Positions 11,701 through 21,070 of a DNA stretch of 64,000 nucleotides are shown here, piece after piece. The translations under genes were made by a program, and so were the position numbers. The stretch's first letter is position 1; every line of letters begins with the position of its first letter. Under the pieces are notes generated by a model. That model saw nothing but the letters and a program-made list of their open reading frames with translations, ran no database searches and was not told the DNA's origin. The DNA is from Turneriella sp. Lineage in GTDB: Bacteria; Spirochaetota; Leptospiria; Turneriellales; Turneriellaceae. Location of the stretch: contig CBDIID010000003.1 in NCBI GenBank assembly GCA_965279515.1, positions 2,112,001 to 2,176,000 on the forward strand. The letters are read 5' to 3'.

Positions 11701-14700
11701 TGTGGCGGATTCCAATAACAGAAGAGTGAGGAGAGTTGACCTGACGGGTTCTTATGCGGTAACAACAACCGCGGGTTCGGCAACCGCGGCTGCTGGCGAT
11801 ACAACCGACGACGGCGCGTGCACAACGGCAAAATTCGGCGTCATGACCGCCATCGCAACCGATGGCGTGAATTTATACACCGGCGAATACAGTCCGGCAC
11901 GACGCATCCGCAAGATTTCTGACTTTGCGGGCACCTGCACCGTGAGTACTTTTGCGGGAGCGGGCCCCTATGGTTATACCGATGGTCCCGCGGCAACAGC
12001 GCAGTTCTCCGATATTTACAGCCTCGTTAGCGATGGTACGAGCCTTTTTGTCAGTGAAAACGGGAATAACCGTATCCGCAAAATAGATCTCGCAACCGGG
12101 ACCGTTTCAACAATCGCGGGCAACGGAGCGGCGGCGAGCGTCGACTCAGGCATCGGAACATCCGCTTCCTTTAACTCCCCTACCGGAATGACCGTCATCG
12201 GTACCGACCTCTATCTTGGCGATGTCTGCTGGACCTGCTCCGGCAACAATGGCAACACGATACGTAAAATTTCCCTCATCGCGCCTTACCCAGTCACAAC
12301 CGTTGCTGGCGTTGGGGGAACTGCGGCTTTGGCCGATGGCCCGGGAAGTACCGCAAAGTTCAACACTCCCATCGCACTCACGACTGACGGCACATCCATC
12401 TTTGTTGCCGACCTGAACAATTCGGTCATCCGCCGTATCGATCCGAAAAACGGCTACCGGGTTTCGACGCTTGCGGGGAGCACCGCTTGGGGCCATGCTG
12501 ACGGTACAGGGCCTGCTGCTGTCATCAACAGATCGCATGGCATTGCGACCGACGGTCGCAGGCTCTACTTTGGAGAATGGGGCGGCCATCGCATCAAAAA
12601 GCTCGAGGATGCAGGCCTTGTCGGTTACTGGGCGATTAATCCGGGGGTGAATCCCAACGACTACAGTAGCGACAATACGGCATCGCTGCATGGTTCGGTT
12701 TTGGGTGGTCCATTGAGTACTCTAGCCGACCGGTTCGGAAATGCGAATAAGGCAAGTTTATTTAACGGCACGAGCCAAAGCATTTCAGCCAGTGCAACCG
12801 GACTGCCGACCGGCAATGCCCCGCGCACGATGTGCGCGTGGGTAAAACCAACGGCAGCGCCGACCGCGGGGCATTTGATCGCGACCTACGGCAATCCATC
12901 TGTGAACCAATCCTTTGGGTTATATCAGTCGTATGTGAGTGGTGTTGAAAACGTAGGTTTAACCGGTTACGCACAGGATGTTGTGGTACCTTATATCCTT
13001 TCTACAACCAAATGGACCCATCTCTGCGCTTGGGCAAACGGGACGACCGGAAAGTTATTTCTTAACGGCAAAGTGATTGGCTCGTATGCGAACACCTTCG
13101 CCACCGGCAGCACCGGGCTGCGCATCGGCGCACAGCAGGGAAATACGCAGTATTTTGGCGGAGGTATTGCCGACGTGCGTATCTACAATCGCGCACTGAG
13201 CGAAGGCGAAATAAACGAATTGGCACAAGATGCCGCATCTGCACAAGTCGGTCAGACCTTCAGCACGGGCGGAACCGGGCTCCTGGCACATTATACACTG
13301 GCAAATTCCACAGCACCACAGGGACCAGTTGGTAGCTCACTAAGCGCTGCTGGTTCGGGAGGCTCGTTAATTACCGGCAAGGATGGCGCACCGAATGGGG
13401 CTTTTTATTATGACGGTGGCGGCTATCATTTTACAAATGCTTATGCCGGACTCCCCGTCGGCAATGCACCTCGCACACATTGCGGTTGGGTTCGACCAGC
13501 GAATAAGATTGCCACGGGCCAGTATTTTACCTTGCTGCAGTATGGCCTCAACGGTACGAATCAGAAATCCGGCTTATGGCTGCGTGACAATGCGGGCGTA
13601 AAAAAGCTGGTCAATGGCGGCGGCGGCAATGACCATGAGGCAACTTTTAACTTCCCCATCAACACATGGATTCATGTCTGCAATACGTACGATGGCACCA
13701 ACTCTTCGCTCTATGCTAACGGGCAACTTCTGGACACGGCCTCTTATCCGGCGTGGAATACCCAAGCCGGGGCGCTTGGCTTAGGCCGAGACCTGCCCAC
13801 TGCGGGATTTCTAACCGGGGGCCTTGCGGATATTCGAATTTATGATAATGCCTTAACCGCAAACCAGATACGCCAACTCGCTACGCAGGTACCGGCAGGC
13901 CTCGTGTTACGCATCGATACAAATGGAGATTTTAATGATGTCAGCGGTTTCGGCAACAGCCTGGTGAGCAACCCAGGGACTCTTGTCGCGGGGCGCCGCG
14001 GTATCGCCAGCACGGCCTACCGTTTCGTCGCACCGCAGCAGGCGCAAATAGCGCATGCCGCGGAAATCATGCAGCAAACTGATATCACTTGGTCTTTTTG
14101 GATGAAATCGCCGGATATGAGTAGCGTGGTCGGACAGATTTTGGGGAAATATGTCGTGACGCCGAACTCTGGCTGGGTAATTAAGTACGATCAGGTCAAT
14201 TACGCTCACGGATGGACAGTTGGCACAGCGGGTAACGGGGCTTTCAGCAATTCGCATCCCGTACCCTCAAACAATGTCTGGAACCATTATGCCTATGTCC
14301 GCTCCGGAGCGGGTTTGACCATTTATATAAATGGTGTTTCTTACAGTAATATAACGGCAGGAAACGGTACCGCAATTATTCCTAATACTGTAGATCTCAA
14401 TATCGGTCTCAACGCAGGTAGCGGAGATGTCAGTCTTCAAGATGTGCGCATCTACAACCGGGCTCTTTCGACAAGTGAAGTACAGGCACTTACCGGATAT
14501 CATGCGGTGCAAAGTGCGAGCGGACTGAGCCTTCACGTTCAGGCGGATACTTTCTCCAATTTAAGCGACGGCAATGCGATTACCACAAACTGGCGCAATT
14601 CCGTTATACAGACACCAGCGTCGGGAAGCGGCACGGTTGCGGGCAATCCCCGCTATGTCAGCGGCACGAGCAGCCTTTTGGGGGGCATGCCAGCAGTAGA

Positions 14701-15223
14701 ATTCGACGGTACGGCCGGAAAATATTTCGATTTCGGATTCCCCACGTATACGTACTCCGGGGTAACCGTATGCACCGCCGCAACCCGTAAGGGCAATAGC
14801 TACCGGGGCCTTGTCGAGAAGCGCGGCGCTACGGCGACGACGAATAGCTGGGGCATGTTGACAGATTTGCCCACAAGCGCGCTGAAATTTGAAATGGATT
14901 CAACTGCATCGGCGGAGGTTGTGACAGCCATCGCAGACGATACTCCCGCAATTTACTGCGTCGTCAGCGGAGCGGGGAATTTGCTGAGCAGTTACCTGAA
15001 CGGACAGGCCTCGTCTTCTGTTTCCAAAACCATTATGTCTGGCTCAAACGCCGACAGACTGGTCGTCGGTTCACGATTCGATTTGGCAAGTTCGTACTAC
15101 GGGCAGATCGGTGAAGTCTTCGTTATGACTAAAGATGCCTCGGCAGCGGAACGCCGCATCGCCGAATGTTATCTTTCTGCGAAGTACTCAATTCCGATGA
15201 CTGGTGGAGCCGTTTGCCCCTAG
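8792..15223 (+). CDS. Giant lipoprotein (~2140 aa), paralogue of 2627..8713 with a different, LamG-like C-terminal tip
   Basis: Lipobox LLLAAS-C followed by SGLKLDKD.NC as in the previous gene, and the same domain order. Tip LSLHVQAD...W...P.VEFDG...G.IGEV...ERRIAECYLSAKY replaces DUF1554. Start may be 8804. Confidence 0.85.
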   Translation: MLTNMEKNLESKLIQPGAALRLAFFSTLLLAASCSGLKLDKDTNCLNEKSGCFKADKTAPKVIDYVSEPPPDSNGKISSLAYVDVTFSEEPKGADIATNYAFENNTQGGDLIVTSVQKLSDYKYRIFAAGNVGDGAFTLNYSKLIDYAGNHIDTLAKPVVMNGSSKFIISANIDHLGVSSGGGYANITLSFSHNYSADQTNNNSYEVRITSGAAQCVNTDPTPSVGVPIGSSLAAGSTITLTNIPSGNFAIGQNRIVVCVKNQVNPSAVATWSSSVYRFDNSPAITTGFSPVADAYQASSPLTITCTGFNSKIVYTSEWLQSGAPANPATPTFDGSGNPGTGNLYTNPIPISNNGNPTNWKFSWRCIDIAGNQSSLTSNVAYTIDSTLPGVMVNLDSSYRAFVSTIGGYSSTTLNFTSDQANHQYNIASGTTLCSPGGGGTSLIGSGPFYTNASANGANPPQVIPAGSFTSVSPAVNHVRICVQGTVSTVWGTAYLQIIRDDTAPSVAANTPTGSYGALQDVTFTCNDPDFHGDKVAYTIATQTGSIAPAIPPLDPTFNATTGDITNGFEQTGPYSPPDQSTTIVKFKCIDKAGNQSSVQTTQYTIDATLPAVNFVSQNHAGISSTAGAFASADVVWNANRAGLQYRVRRVANCNHAGDPGNTILSGTTPTVGTNITSNLTTAMLPTNNNQYPIRLCVFNYANQSTYQSTNVTVTRDDTPPTILAANLTPTITAAGGTNYTISWNAADDTAGSGVAFYRIFRDGAMTPTFPGYPNTPDYIAVATAGTNSATIAMPDASKYYLRIVPVDAAGNVMALAASYNVIATRLNLIVSVTGYTTGAGDFRVQQGGDTLAFNTTPGGTQTFATGFTPGSSYSVSITAQPTNQICSFVPKQFGTITSDLTLQVQCLQGQWVGGNYRATPPVPLNYLLYRGKVTTLAGNGVAGFVDNGTGTSAQFQNPEFLVYLNNALYVADSNNRRVRRVDLTGSYAVTTTAGSATAAAGDTTDDGACTTAKFGVMTAIATDGVNLYTGEYSPARRIRKISDFAGTCTVSTFAGAGPYGYTDGPAATAQFSDIYSLVSDGTSLFVSENGNNRIRKIDLATGTVSTIAGNGAAASVDSGIGTSASFNSPTGMTVIGTDLYLGDVCWTCSGNNGNTIRKISLIAPYPVTTVAGVGGTAALADGPGSTAKFNTPIALTTDGTSIFVADLNNSVIRRIDPKNGYRVSTLAGSTAWGHADGTGPAAVINRSHGIATDGRRLYFGEWGGHRIKKLEDAGLVGYWAINPGVNPNDYSSDNTASLHGSVLGGPLSTLADRFGNANKASLFNGTSQSISASATGLPTGNAPRTMCAWVKPTAAPTAGHLIATYGNPSVNQSFGLYQSYVSGVENVGLTGYAQDVVVPYILSTTKWTHLCAWANGTTGKLFLNGKVIGSYANTFATGSTGLRIGAQQGNTQYFGGGIADVRIYNRALSEGEINELAQDAASAQVGQTFSTGGTGLLAHYTLANSTAPQGPVGSSLSAAGSGGSLITGKDGAPNGAFYYDGGGYHFTNAYAGLPVGNAPRTHCGWVRPANKIATGQYFTLLQYGLNGTNQKSGLWLRDNAGVKKLVNGGGGNDHEATFNFPINTWIHVCNTYDGTNSSLYANGQLLDTASYPAWNTQAGALGLGRDLPTAGFLTGGLADIRIYDNALTANQIRQLATQVPAGLVLRIDTNGDFNDVSGFGNSLVSNPGTLVAGRRGIASTAYRFVAPQQAQIAHAAEIMQQTDITWSFWMKSPDMSSVVGQILGKYVVTPNSGWVIKYDQVNYAHGWTVGTAGNGAFSNSHPVPSNNVWNHYAYVRSGAGLTIYINGVSYSNITAGNGTAIIPNTVDLNIGLNAGSGDVSLQDVRIYNRALSTSEVQALTGYHAVQSASGLSLHVQADTFSNLSDGNAITTNWRNSVIQTPASGSGTVAGNPRYVSGTSSLLGGMPAVEFDGTAGKYFDFGFPTYTYSGVTVCTAATRKGNSYRGLVEKRGATATTNSWGMLTDLPTSALKFEMDSTASAEVVTAIADDTPAIYCVVSGAGNLLSSYLNGQASSSVSKTIMSGSNADRLVVGSRFDLASSYYGQIGEVFVMTKDASAAERRIAECYLSAKYSIPMTGGAVCP

Positions 15224-15231
15224 ACTACAAC

Positions 15232-17874
15232 CTATTTTTCGAGGCGTAAAACGCTGGCGTACTGTTTAGCCTTAGCATCCGGAGCCATTGGTAGCGCATT
15301 ATTTCGCCCCTCTAAGAAGTACGGAATCTGGTCGCGGTAGTGTTTCGATGAACCGTTGCCTGAAACGCCTGTATGAACAATGAGCTCAGCCGGTTCAGGA
15401 CGATTGAAATCCACCACAAAGCGCATCGCGGGGATTACAAATGTGTCGAAATTCTCGCCCCAGGCATAGTGCGCAACGTTGATCGTATGGCTGTCGCCCT
15501 GGTAGGCAACGGGGCCGTGGTTCAGGTACCATGACGCGAGACCCAGATCTTTCGTCAGGTCGTTGCGCCAGTAGATCTTGTGCAGCTTTTCCCAGCGCCA
15601 TCTTTCGGGCGCACCCATTGCATCGCCGCAATACTCGTAGGCATCGGCGAGCGCGAGGGCAAACATGTCCGCGCGCGTTTCTTTTTGCGGGGTTCTGATG
15701 TCGTCAAAGAACGGGCTCTCTTCACGGCCGAGAATATGATCCTGCGGGGCATTGTACGAGCGCAGGTTGGTATCGATGAAATTTTTCCATAGCGGACTGT
15801 CGATCTCGAGCTCGTCGCCGAAGACGTTGCGCGTGAAGACATGGTAAAAGGCGCCGATCAGAGCGCCACCCTGTGAATCTTTCGTCATCGTATTATCGAA
15901 TTTCGCGAGCAGCTGGAGCGCCGCCTGTGCACGCTTTTGCTTTTTTTCAGGCAGTTTTGTTATCGCGGTATTCAGCTCGCCTTCGAGCGCCTTGAATGCA
16001 AGCAGGGTTTTTTCTGCCATGCGTGAATAGAGATCGAGCTGCATCTTTTTCGTTTCTTCCGCCGACCAGTCGTCTCTTTTAGAAAGCAGATCGGCAATAC
16101 GCTCGCCGCGCTCGGGGCTGTACCAGACGCCGCTGATCTGACGCGTATCGTCTTTGGGTACAGTGCGCTCGTTGGCCGTCACCAAAAAGCCCGCTTCGGG
16201 ATTTTCTTTGTGCGGCTGGCGGTCAAAAGGTAAGAAGGATTTCCAACGGTAGCCTTCTGCGGCGATCGAGGGCAACTGGCCTGTGCCCTTGGTGCGGACG
16301 GGAATTTTACCCGTTGTCTGCCAGGCGATATTCTCGCCGTCGCTGTAGACGAGGTTCAGGTAAATCGAATGGATCTTGCTTGTGGCCTTGCGGAAATCGG
16401 CCATCGTTGCAGCCGAACCCATTTCATAGATGCCGATGCCGGCGGTGTCGCCGTCTTGCAGCGACCAGCGCATGGCAAAATGCGTTTGAGTTTTCATGCC
16501 GACGGGAACCAGCGGAGTCAGCTGTTTTACATCGAGCTGGCTGACGGCATCGCTCACCAGCGGGCCATTACCGGTAAAGCGCAGGGTGATATCCTTATCA
16601 CGGCCGAAGCGCACTTTGAAGTGCTCGGTCGTTTCGCGCACCGGCGCCCACGTATTATCCGGTTTGAGGTACAATGTTTTGCCATTTTCAGACCTAATAG
16701 TTTCGATGAAGAGATCCTGGCAATCGGCTTCGACCATCGTTGCGCCCCAGGCGATATTGCCGTTGTAACCGAGCTGGATATAAGGCTGGCCCGCAATCGT
16801 AACGCCCGCCGCTTTGTATGTCGGCGAATCGATGCTCATCATCGACCAGATCGATGGAATCGTGATCGGCAGGTGGGTATCGTTAGCGAGAATGGTTTTG
16901 CCCCCCTTCGTTTTCTTTCCGGAAATGACCCAGTTGTTTGAAGCGGGCATGCCAGTGCGGAAAATTTTGTCGAGGTCAGTCAGCACATCGTGCAGGCGGT
17001 CTGTGTGCGGCGAGAGATCCCACGCGAGCTTCTTGTCGATCTTCTGCGCTTCGGCAAAGGGAATCGGTTCGTCCTGGTAGGTCGGCACGAGCCATGCCGC
17101 TTTTTCGGCGCCGAGCTTTTTCGCGGCATCTAAGAAGAAGAGTTCTTCATTGATATTGAGTGCCAGGCCGAACGACAGCGCTCCGAAAACATAACCGCAA
17201 TCGTAGATCGTCCAGGGCTCGGGAGTATAACCTGTCAGCACAAACTCGAGCGGCAGGTTGCTGTGCGTTTTGAGAAAGGCGTTTACACCCGCGGCATACG
17301 CTTCGAGGGGCGCACGGTTTTTTGCGGGCATTTTATCGATCGCACGATCGACGTTGCGCTTGATACCGACCGAGCGCATATAGACGTCGACGGGCAGCAT
17401 TTTGGAACCCGCGAGTTCAGCGAGTCGCCCCGTAACGGCGAGTTTGGTCGAATACATCTGCCACAGGCGGTCGGTGGCCGAAGCATAACCGGCGCCGAAA
17501 AAGGCATCCTGTTCGTTGTCGGCTTTGATGAGGGGGACTCCCAACTCGTCGCGCGCGATGGTGACGCCGCTGATGAGGCCTTCGATCTTGATCGTGCCGG
17601 TTTCGCTGACGACAGAACGGCGGGCCTTATAGAAAAGATAGATCAGCGCAATGAGCACGACGGCAACAATGCCGATCAGCAGGCGCTTAAAAAATTTCCG
17701 CTTACCAGAAACCGGTGCATCCATCGAGCCTGAGCCGGAAGCCGATTGTGGTAATGTGCGTATGATGGCGCCTGTGGCGGCGCCTTCAGAATCGCGTCCG
17801 GTATTGCTGCGCGAACGACCGGTCTGCTTGCTGGCCTTCGCTGGCTTTCGCGATGGGGTGGATTTTCTTGCCAT
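15232..17874 (-). CDS. Penicillin acylase / acyl-homoserine-lactone acylase family Ntn-hydrolase (peptidase S45), membrane anchored
   Basis: RDELGVP.I.A, G...A.DRLWQM, catalytic Ser motif ASNNWVISG, LANDTHL, TANER, G.SG...S.HY.DQ. Confidence 0.93.
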   Translation of the reverse strand: MARKSTPSRKPAKASKQTGRSRSNTGRDSEGAATGAIIRTLPQSASGSGSMDAPVSGKRKFFKRLLIGIVAVVLIALIYLFYKARRSVVSETGTIKIEGLISGVTIARDELGVPLIKADNEQDAFFGAGYASATDRLWQMYSTKLAVTGRLAELAGSKMLPVDVYMRSVGIKRNVDRAIDKMPAKNRAPLEAYAAGVNAFLKTHSNLPLEFVLTGYTPEPWTIYDCGYVFGALSFGLALNINEELFFLDAAKKLGAEKAAWLVPTYQDEPIPFAEAQKIDKKLAWDLSPHTDRLHDVLTDLDKIFRTGMPASNNWVISGKKTKGGKTILANDTHLPITIPSIWSMMSIDSPTYKAAGVTIAGQPYIQLGYNGNIAWGATMVEADCQDLFIETIRSENGKTLYLKPDNTWAPVRETTEHFKVRFGRDKDITLRFTGNGPLVSDAVSQLDVKQLTPLVPVGMKTQTHFAMRWSLQDGDTAGIGIYEMGSAATMADFRKATSKIHSIYLNLVYSDGENIAWQTTGKIPVRTKGTGQLPSIAAEGYRWKSFLPFDRQPHKENPEAGFLVTANERTVPKDDTRQISGVWYSPERGERIADLLSKRDDWSAEETKKMQLDLYSRMAEKTLLAFKALEGELNTAITKLPEKKQKRAQAALQLLAKFDNTMTKDSQGGALIGAFYHVFTRNVFGDELEIDSPLWKNFIDTNLRSYNAPQDHILGREESPFFDDIRTPQKETRADMFALALADAYEYCGDAMGAPERWRWEKLHKIYWRNDLTKDLGLASWYLNHGPVAYQGDSHTINVAHYAWGENFDTFVIPAMRFVVDFNRPEPAELIVHTGVSGNGSSKHYRDQIPYFLEGRNNALPMAPDAKAKQYASVLRLEK

Positions 17875-17967
17875 GACAGGAAAAAAAGTGAAAAAAAGAC
17901 AGGGCGTAAAGAGATTCGGGCAATAAATGAGACTTTACGACCCAGGCGCCCGGGCCAAGGCTAGTTA

Positions 17968-18510
17968 ATGAAATTCCTCAAACGGCTGGGTATAAGCTTC
18001 GGCGCGATCATCGCGGTGGTGTTGATTATTCCCCTGTTCACAAAGGACGAATACGCCGTCGTGCGTGAGGTGACCGTTAACCGCACGAAAGAAGATGTCT
18101 TCGCATACATAAAACTGCTCAAAAACCAGGATAATTTCAGCGTCTGGGCCAACATGGACAAGAACATGAGGAAATCCTACTCAGGCACAGACGGCACCGT
18201 CGGCTTTGTTTCAGCCTGGGAAAGCCAGAATAACCAGGTCGGTGCGGGCCAGCAGGAGATTAAGAAGATTCTGCCCGGCGAGCGCATCGACTATGAGCTC
18301 CGGTTTCTGAAGCCTATGAAGGCGACGAACCAGGCGTATATGAAAGTCGAGAGCGTCGGCGATAAACAGACAAAGGTCTTCTGGGGCTTTCAGGCAAAAA
18401 CCCCCTACCCGTTCAACCTAATGCTGCTGTTTTTCGACGCCGAGGCGATGATTGGTAAGGCTTTTGACGAGGGCCTGGGTAACCTGAAAAAGCTTCTCGA
18501 AAAGAAGTAA
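17968..18510 (+). CDS. SRPBCC / polyketide cyclase family protein with N-terminal anchor
   Basis: Y.V.REVTVN...EDVF.Y, GTDGTVG...AWES...VG.G.QEI, GL.NLK.LLE. Confidence 0.85.
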   Translation: MKFLKRLGISFGAIIAVVLIIPLFTKDEYAVVREVTVNRTKEDVFAYIKLLKNQDNFSVWANMDKNMRKSYSGTDGTVGFVSAWESQNNQVGAGQQEIKKILPGERIDYELRFLKPMKATNQAYMKVESVGDKQTKVFWGFQAKTPYPFNLMLLFFDAEAMIGKAFDEGLGNLKKLLEKK

Positions 18511-18560
18511 CGCTGCGGATACACTGCTTTACGCGGTGTCTAAATCCCCGGCAATGCCGT

Positions 18561-19169
18561 ATGCAGGCTAGCCCCTTTACCTCACATCCATGGCATGGCG
18601 TGGCCATCGGTAAAGAAGCGCCGCAGATCGTAACGGCATTTATCGAAATTGTGCCGTCGGATACGATTAAGTACGAAATCGATAAAGCCTCGGGCCTCAT
18701 GAAGGTCGATCGCCCCCAGAAATATTCATCGCTCTGCCCCACACTTTACGGCTTTATTCCACAGACCTACTGCGACGATAACGTCCGCCTGCTCGCCAAT
18801 GACAAGAAGGTCGAGCGCGGCGACCGTGACCCGCTCGATATCTGCGTGTTCACCGAGCGCGCGATTGCCGCGAACGGCTTTCTAGTGCGCGCGCGGCCGA
18901 TCGGTGGGCTCCGGCTGATCGATGATAAAGAGGCCGACGATAAAATTATCTCCGTTATGGCGGATGACCCGCTTTATGCAAAAATACAAACGCTCAAAGA
19001 CATGCCCGAGGCGCTCATCGACCGTATTCGCCACTACTTTCTGACCTATAAAGATTTTCCGGGACGCCAGCAAAAAGTCGAAATCGGCAAAGTCTATGAG
19101 CGCGACGAGGCGCTCGAAGTCATCGCGGCGTCGATTGCCGACTATGATTCCAAATTCAAAGGCGAATAA
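18561..19169 (+). CDS. ppa: Inorganic pyrophosphatase (family I)
   Basis: HPWHG, KYEIDK, DR, YGFIPQT, GD.DPLDI, D..EADDKII, F..YK motifs. Confidence 0.95.
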   Translation: MQASPFTSHPWHGVAIGKEAPQIVTAFIEIVPSDTIKYEIDKASGLMKVDRPQKYSSLCPTLYGFIPQTYCDDNVRLLANDKKVERGDRDPLDICVFTERAIAANGFLVRARPIGGLRLIDDKEADDKIISVMADDPLYAKIQTLKDMPEALIDRIRHYFLTYKDFPGRQQKVEIGKVYERDEALEVIAASIADYDSKFKGE

Positions 19170-19174
19170 CCGGT

Positions 19175-21070
19175 ATGATCAGTTTACAAAACATTGGGAT
19201 GTCTTACGGCGAACGCGACCTGTTCACTAAGGTGTCAGTACAGTTAAACGAAGGTGTGCGTTACGGTATCACGGGCGCGAACGGTTCCGGGAAATCCACG
19301 CTGTTAAAACTCATCGCCGGGCGCGACGTACCCACCGAAGGCAAAATCGATATCCAAAAGGGTACGCGCATTGCTTACCTCGAACAGAACCTGCCACTTG
19401 AATCGGGACAGACAGCGATCGAGATCGTGATCGGCGGCGATGAAATTCTCGCAAAGGCGCTCGCCGAGCGTGACAATGCCGATGCCGACCCCGCGCATGC
19501 GGGTGAGATCGAAGAGATCATCATGTCGCGTGAAGGTTACCGCGCCGAATCAGAAGCGGCACGCCTGCTGTCGGGCCTCGGGCTTCCCGACGAAGTGCAT
19601 ACGATTCCGGCGAATAAACTATCGGGCGGGCAGCTGATGCGCGCGCTCTTGGCGCGCTCACTCTTCGCGAAGGGCGAAGTGCTGCTGCTCGACGAACCCA
19701 CCAACCACTTGGACATGCCGGGCATCAAATGGCTCGAGAATTTTATCCTCTATGAATTCCAGGGCATGCTCTTACTCATCACGCACGACCGCGGTTTTTT
19801 ATCGGCGCTGTCTGAACAGATTCTCGACGTCGACTACAAGACCGTCACGATCTTCAACATGAATTACAACCGCTTTGTCGGCGCGCGTACACTGGCATCC
19901 GAACAAAAGGAACGCGAGGCCGAAGCGGCAAAAAGAAAGATCGCCGAACTGACCGAGTTCATCGACCGTTTCAAGGCAAAGGCCTCGAAAGCACGCCAGG
20001 CGCAGTCACGGGTGAAACAGGTCGAAAAGATCGAAGTACCCGAGATTATTCCCTCTTCACGCCGCAAGCCATCTTTTAACTTTCGTTACGAGCGTGAATC
20101 GGGGCGCGATGTTTTGAACATACACAATGTCGCGATGCAGTTCACAGACACCCCGCTTTTCACCGGGGCGGAATTTCTCTTGCGCAAGGGCGACAAGGCC
20201 GCAATCATTGGGCCCAACGGCCACGGCAAAACGACACTCCTCAAAATCATCGCCGGTGAACTGAAGCCCATCGGTGGCACCGTACAATTCGGCCATGAGG
20301 CCCGCCTGGGTTATTATGCTCAGGTGCACGCGGAACTCCGCAAACTGCAAGAGCCGCTGCACGAACATCTGCACCAGCTGCACCGCGAAAAAGCCGTCAA
20401 GGACGTGCGCGGTTCGCTCGGCCTCATGCTCTTCGAGGGCGACGAACAAAAGAAAAAGCTGTCTGCGCTTTCGGGCGGTGAGATGGCGCGATTCGTGTTT
20501 GCGGATCTCATGCTGCAAAAGCCCAATTTTCTTGTGCTCGACGAACCCACGAACCACCTGGACATCGAAGGCATTGAAGCGCTCGAAGACGCGCTCGCCA
20601 CTTACGAGGGCACCGTACTCATGGTGAGCCACGACCGTGCATTTATTAAGCGTGTCTGCACGCGCGTATTTGAGCTCAAAAATGGCAGTGTCAAAGAGCT
20701 CAATGCGGGTGTACGCGCACTCGAAGCAATGGAAGCTGATGAAGACAAGCCTGCACCGACGGCGCGCCAGAAAGCCGAAGCGGCCATAGTAGCCGAGGTC
20801 AACGGAAACGGCCAAAATGGCTATGGTGACCGCAAGAAACAGAAGAGCGAAGCCGGTAAAACGCAGACACGCATCAAAAAACTCGAAGAAGCCATCGCGT
20901 CGCATGAAGCGACGATTGCCGAACTCGACGCACTGTTTGCCGACGGTGAACGTGTGCAATCGCTCACGCCGGATGACATACGCATAAAATCGGCCGAACG
21001 CGCAAACCTGCAAAAGCAGCTCGACGAAAGCGTCGCCGAATGGGAAAGCCTGCACGCTACTTCGGCTTAA
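19175..21070 (+). CDS. ABC-F family ATPase with C-terminal coiled coil
   Basis: Two NBDs (GANGSGKST/LSGG/LLLDEPTNHLD and GPNGHGKTT/LSGGE/LDEPTNHLD), linker RFKAKASKARQAQSR, no TM segments. Confidence 0.95.
   Translation: MISLQNIGMSYGERDLFTKVSVQLNEGVRYGITGANGSGKSTLLKLIAGRDVPTEGKIDIQKGTRIAYLEQNLPLESGQTAIEIVIGGDEILAKALAERDNADADPAHAGEIEEIIMSREGYRAESEAARLLSGLGLPDEVHTIPANKLSGGQLMRALLARSLFAKGEVLLLDEPTNHLDMPGIKWLENFILYEFQGMLLLITHDRGFLSALSEQILDVDYKTVTIFNMNYNRFVGARTLASEQKEREAEAAKRKIAELTEFIDRFKAKASKARQAQSRVKQVEKIEVPEIIPSSRRKPSFNFRYERESGRDVLNIHNVAMQFTDTPLFTGAEFLLRKGDKAAIIGPNGHGKTTLLKIIAGELKPIGGTVQFGHEARLGYYAQVHAELRKLQEPLHEHLHQLHREKAVKDVRGSLGLMLFEGDEQKKKLSALSGGEMARFVFADLMLQKPNFLVLDEPTNHLDIEGIEALEDALATYEGTVLMVSHDRAFIKRVCTRVFELKNGSVKELNAGVRALEAMEADEDKPAPTARQKAEAAIVAEVNGNGQNGYGDRKKQKSEAGKTQTRIKKLEEAIASHEATIAELDALFADGERVQSLTPDDIRIKSAERANLQKQLDESVAEWESLHATSA

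Noticed and set aside
565..13235. Active recombination between the giant paralogues through the conserved linkers
   Set aside because: The EINELAQDA linkers differ at most third codon positions, so conservation is at the protein level and the duplication is old.
20057..21055. Long antisense ORFs (also 1612-2328, 23257-23877, 28482-29180, 32399-33241, 60729-61475)
   Set aside because: They shadow well-supported genes on the opposite strand and have no recognisable motifs.
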